In this document: positions 60,512 to 64,000 of the stretch, piece after piece
Position numbering within the stretch: the stretch's first letter is position 1
How the letters are laid out: every line of letters begins with the position of its first letter
Assembly (NCBI GenBank): GCA_002269645.1
Contig: NIVC01000808.1
Location: 372,001 to 436,000, forward strand
Length of the DNA stretch: 64,000 bases
Direction of reading: 5' to 3'
Source of the DNA: Macrostomum lignano
Taxonomy: Eukaryota
Made by a program: the position numbers and the translations under genes
The notes under the pieces: model-generated
The model's database searches: none
The model's input: the letters and a program-made list of their open reading frames with translations, nothing else
What the model was told of the DNA's origin: nothing

Positions 60512-61379
60512 GTTCCGGGATCCTGTGCCCGCCCACTGCAGATTGAACAATAATATGATATTTTTTTCTGTTCTAACCAGACTCACGCTCTAACTCTCCG
60601 TTTGAGTTTTTTTAGCGATTCGGCTGCTGCACAATGCATATACGAGTAGCAGCTCAAAAGTAGTGATTTCATTTCCGGAACCATGCAGCAACTGTTGGAT
60701 CGTTCACTAACAAAAAACCGTTGGTTATTTCATTTGCACCACTACAAATTATAAAGCACAATGACAAGGCTGCGGTTTGCGCTAGGCTTGCCTTGAGCAA
60801 ACCGGCTTTAGTGCCCAGGCACCCTCTTTCTGTACGCCCCCACCGCGTGTGTACCAGTACGTTCTCTTTCGTGCTGGCTAGGTGGGCGCCCACCCGTCCG
60901 GCGGCAGGGAGGTATTCTTTCCAGCCGCGCTGCTCAGCAGGCAGTGTTTTTGCGCAGTTCTTTTTTTCTTCTTTTTTATCCTCATTTTAGGAGCCTTTCA
61001 ATAGAAAATACGATTGAGGTCTCGCTAATGCTTTCGCTTTCGCCAACGTCGCGTCTTCATGTTTTGCTTTGGAGCTCAAAATAACAAATGCTTGTTTGTA
61101 CACCGCGGCAGCACTGAACATTTAAATTGCTTTCTTAGTTTCACAAACAAGCCGAATAGTTTCGGCCCAAGTATAATGGTCTATGGGGTATAATTGACTT
61201 CGGTTGCATTTCGCCATAGACATGCAAAATTGGTACATGCATATAGAATTGACGATCGAAAGCGGTGCATCGCGCGGCTCATATTTGCGGCTTAGTGCTT
61301 TGTTCCACCCCAGGCTAACAACTGTGAAAAGCGGCTGACAAAGGCGCATAGGGCACCGAATTCGACGCGCACCACGACA

Positions 61380-62363
61380 ATGAACAAGCAGAGCATAGAG
61401 GACACCTGGGGCATGCGGGAGTACAGCCTGCAGAATTCTGTTCGCATCGTCAATAACAATCCGGACATGAAGAACAACGTGAGTGTTTCATGTGCATGCG
61501 GCGAGTTGATTAACCAGAATACGGACTGGCACGTGATGATCGCCAATGGCACCAAGCTGTGCTACTTCTGTGCCAATTGCAATTCCTGCCGGAAGTCAAA
61601 CGCCTGCGCTCCCCAGCGGCTGGTGTGCATCGACGGCCTTGTGCTCTGTCATGACTGCCTGGTGAACTTCGGCTACCCGCGACAGCCCACCTTCCGGATC
61701 AAATTTGACGATCCAAACGGACTGATTGATCCGGCAAACGCCAACCATTCTGCAAACAATGCGGCACCGGCGGCTGCTGCGGCTCCAGCAGCTTCGGCGA
61801 CTGCCTCGACGACCGATGTGCTACAGGAATACCGACGCAAGGATCGATCCTTGTTTCGCGAAAAAGCCGACGGGCGTCGGCAGCTGAGGCGCGCGTATTA
61901 CGAACGACAGATGGCCCGGCTGCCAGACAAGCGAAATCCGCTGGTGACGGCGGTGCCGTACGACGCTTCAAAGGGCAGCCTGGAAAAAATGGTCTGCCCG
62001 GTCTGCAGCAAGGCGGCCACCGGTACAGTCAGATACGTTGTGGCCGCAATCGGCCGTATCTATCACAGATCCTGCTTCGCTTGCCAGAACTGCAAAATTC
62101 CGATGAACCAGGGCATTCAGGTGGCCGGCCGGCATTTCGAGCTCTGCTCGTGCGAGCCGCCCCAGGCTTGGTGCACTAGGAGCGAGTGCAAGCTGCAGAG
62201 GATGGCGCACCACGAGTCCAGCAATTGCTGGCTGGCCCCAATCAGGCCTGGCGGCCGGGAGCAGCGCGATACCGACATCAGCGCTAAATTTGATTCCAAG
62301 GATTCCAAGAATGAAACGAAAGCCGATCAGAAAGAGGCTGGAGCTGCCGGTGCACAGGCCTAA
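61380..62363 (+). CDS. Intronless protein with two LIM-like zinc-binding domains, 327 aa
   Basis: N-domain CAC..CYFCANCNSC-x19-CHDC; C-domain CPVC-x19-HRSCFACQNC-x17-CSC; Ala-rich and charged linker; GC-rich codon usage. Confidence 0.8.
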   Translation: MNKQSIEDTWGMREYSLQNSVRIVNNNPDMKNNVSVSCACGELINQNTDWHVMIANGTKLCYFCANCNSCRKSNACAPQRLVCIDGLVLCHDCLVNFGYPRQPTFRIKFDDPNGLIDPANANHSANNAAPAAAAAPAASATASTTDVLQEYRRKDRSLFREKADGRRQLRRAYYERQMARLPDKRNPLVTAVPYDASKGSLEKMVCPVCSKAATGTVRYVVAAIGRIYHRSCFACQNCKIPMNQGIQVAGRHFELCSCEPPQAWCTRSECKLQRMAHHESSNCWLAPIRPGGREQRDTDISAKFDSKDSKNETKADQKEAGAAGAQA

Positions 62364-62593
62364 AAGTTTAAACGACAGTTACACGTCTCTTAAATTTGAG
62401 CTACAAATTTAATTTTGAAAAAATAAACGGAGCGCAAAGTTCCAAGCTCGCAGATTTCTGCTGCGCTTGGAGTTTAATTTAATTTCAAATTATATCTGCG
62501 AACTTATTGATTAGGTTGGTATAACTTAACTGAATCACGAGAAAGACTCAACAGGATGTGAGTTTAAATGCTGAAAGATTCAATACCGACGAT

Positions 62594-62810
62594 TTAAGGT
62601 TAGGGCTAGTGGTTAAGGTTTAGGTTAAGGCTTAGATTGGGGTTTGGGATTAGGTTAGGTCTTAGGGTTAGGGTATGGTTAAGGGTTTGCAGTTAATCTG
62701 TGGCAGTTAATTTTTGGCACTTAAACTTCACTGGCAGCAGTCAAACGTCACTCTGACAGTCAAAAGTCACTGGTAGTTAAACGTCACTGGCAGTTAAACG
62801 TCACTGCAAC
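62594..62810. repeat. Degenerate TTAGGG-like tract followed by CAGTTAAACGTCACTGG short repeats
   Basis: GGTTAGGG/TTAAGG variants at 62594-62688, then ~20-bp sub-repeats. Confidence 0.65.
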
Positions 62811-63834
62811 AATCAAATGCTGGAAGTCAATTTTCGTTGACCCATTGTTAGGCTGTGTTCTATCTAATTTTCTGTCCTAAATCGTGTACATGCATGTACT
62901 GTATGTGTGTTCCACCTGGGATTAGGAAAGCCAGTGTGGGTTTTAGCGCCTTTTAAGGCAAAATGATGTTCTTTACAAAAAGGTCCTTGCTTAATTTTAG
63001 CATAGACTAGCATAGTCCCTCAGGAAGCCCTTACATGTACATAGTCTCTACGTAAGCCATTTTTAAGATTTTTTTATTTATCATCATTATTGTTATTATT
63101 ACTATTATAATTATTACTATAATTATATAGTAAGCAAGAGCCCGATCGCGTAAGCGTATTCACCGACGCGCGGCAGTTTAAACCAATCTGATGAGTGACT
63201 GAGGCGTTACTTTTTATTCAATACCCCATGGGACGCACGTGGAGGATTCAAGACAAATAATTTGCAAATTTCGAGTGAATCACTGATGATTTTTTCAAAT
63301 TCTTTCTGCAAAAGGGTATTTTTGTAGTGCTTTCTGGAGTAAAAGCTTTCAGCAACGATTTTAGTGTAAAAGTACGAATGTGTTTTGTTTTAAAAGTAAA
63401 AATTCAAATAACAACACGATGATGCTAAATTTTTCACATTAAGCGTGAAAAGTTTACAAGATCAGCAAGCAAGACAAGCAAGATTATTTTCAAATTCAAC
63501 CGAGGATGAGGATGGATGGCTATACAATTATAAAAGTACATGTAGCTAATATTTTTGTAGCATACATGTATATTTGCAGAAAGACTATATTATGCAAGAT
63601 AAATTACGGTGTAGTTGTCGAATAATATAATTTCTAGCCCCTAGCCTTCTCTTCCATTTATGATTTAGCTTTAAGTATACGAAATAGAAATGGGTCTTAA
63701 TTCAATTCTAATCAATATCTGAAACGGAGTTCTTATAGACACGGCGGCCGTGTCTATAATATTTGAGCTTATGGGCACGGCCATTATCATCGATATAAAA
63801 CGCGTGTTCTATGGGGCTTTTCTCACAAGCAATT

Positions 63835-63915
63835 GGTGGCTCAGTGGATATGTCGATTGCCTTGAGATTTTGAGTTAGCAGGGGTTCGAATCCTCAATAG
63901 TTGGAGATTTTTTAA
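63835..63915 (+). other. tRNA-like Pol III head (SINE fragment or tRNA pseudogene)
   Basis: A-box TGGCTCAGTGG 63837-63847, B-box GGTTCGAATCC 63883-63893, T-run terminator just downstream; no acceptor or anticodon stem found. Confidence 0.5.
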
Positions 63916-64000
63916 TTTGAATTTTTTTAGCAAATAGAAATTTTTTCGCCCGAATTTTTTTCAGGGTTTTAAATAAATAAAACAATAAATTAAAATAAAT

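Overview
Eukaryotic (metazoan) genomic DNA with GC-rich exons, AT-rich spacers and introns filled with mini- and microsatellites. This resembles a free-living flatworm such as Macrostomum (inference, not verified). Six protein-coding genes were reconstructed by hand with consistent GT-AG phases: (1) ornithine decarboxylase antizyme (+, 12970-14456, probable first coding exon 7419-7438) with a UUU-UGA +1 programmed frameshift and a two-stem 3' pseudoknot; (2) CCDC83 (-, 17590-24281, 5 exons); (3) an unnamed ~370-aa coiled-coil gene (+, 24935-27750), head-to-head with CCDC83 around an RFX X-box-like motif; (4) MsrA (-, 29213-31499) with GCYWG in place of GCFWG; (5) phospholipase C-beta (-, 34434-57195, 24 coding exons, ~1260 aa); (6) an intronless two-LIM-domain gene (+, 61380-62363). 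A candidate 139-aa single-pass membrane ORF (-, 58672-59091) lies between the putative PLC-beta promoter and its first coding exon. Mobile DNA: two dead RTE-like LINEs, an RNase-H LINE 3' fragment, two copies of a tRNA-headed SINE and several MITEs with 8-bp target-site duplications. Best leads: the antizyme recoding cassette (which also overlaps a -1 slippery heptamer and has a frame break in its last exon), the possible shared-promoter or operon arrangement at PLC-beta, and the rules governing the intronic minisatellites. There is no CRISPR array, rRNA or intact tRNA gene. All calls are by eye; no database search was run, and repeat boundaries are approximate.
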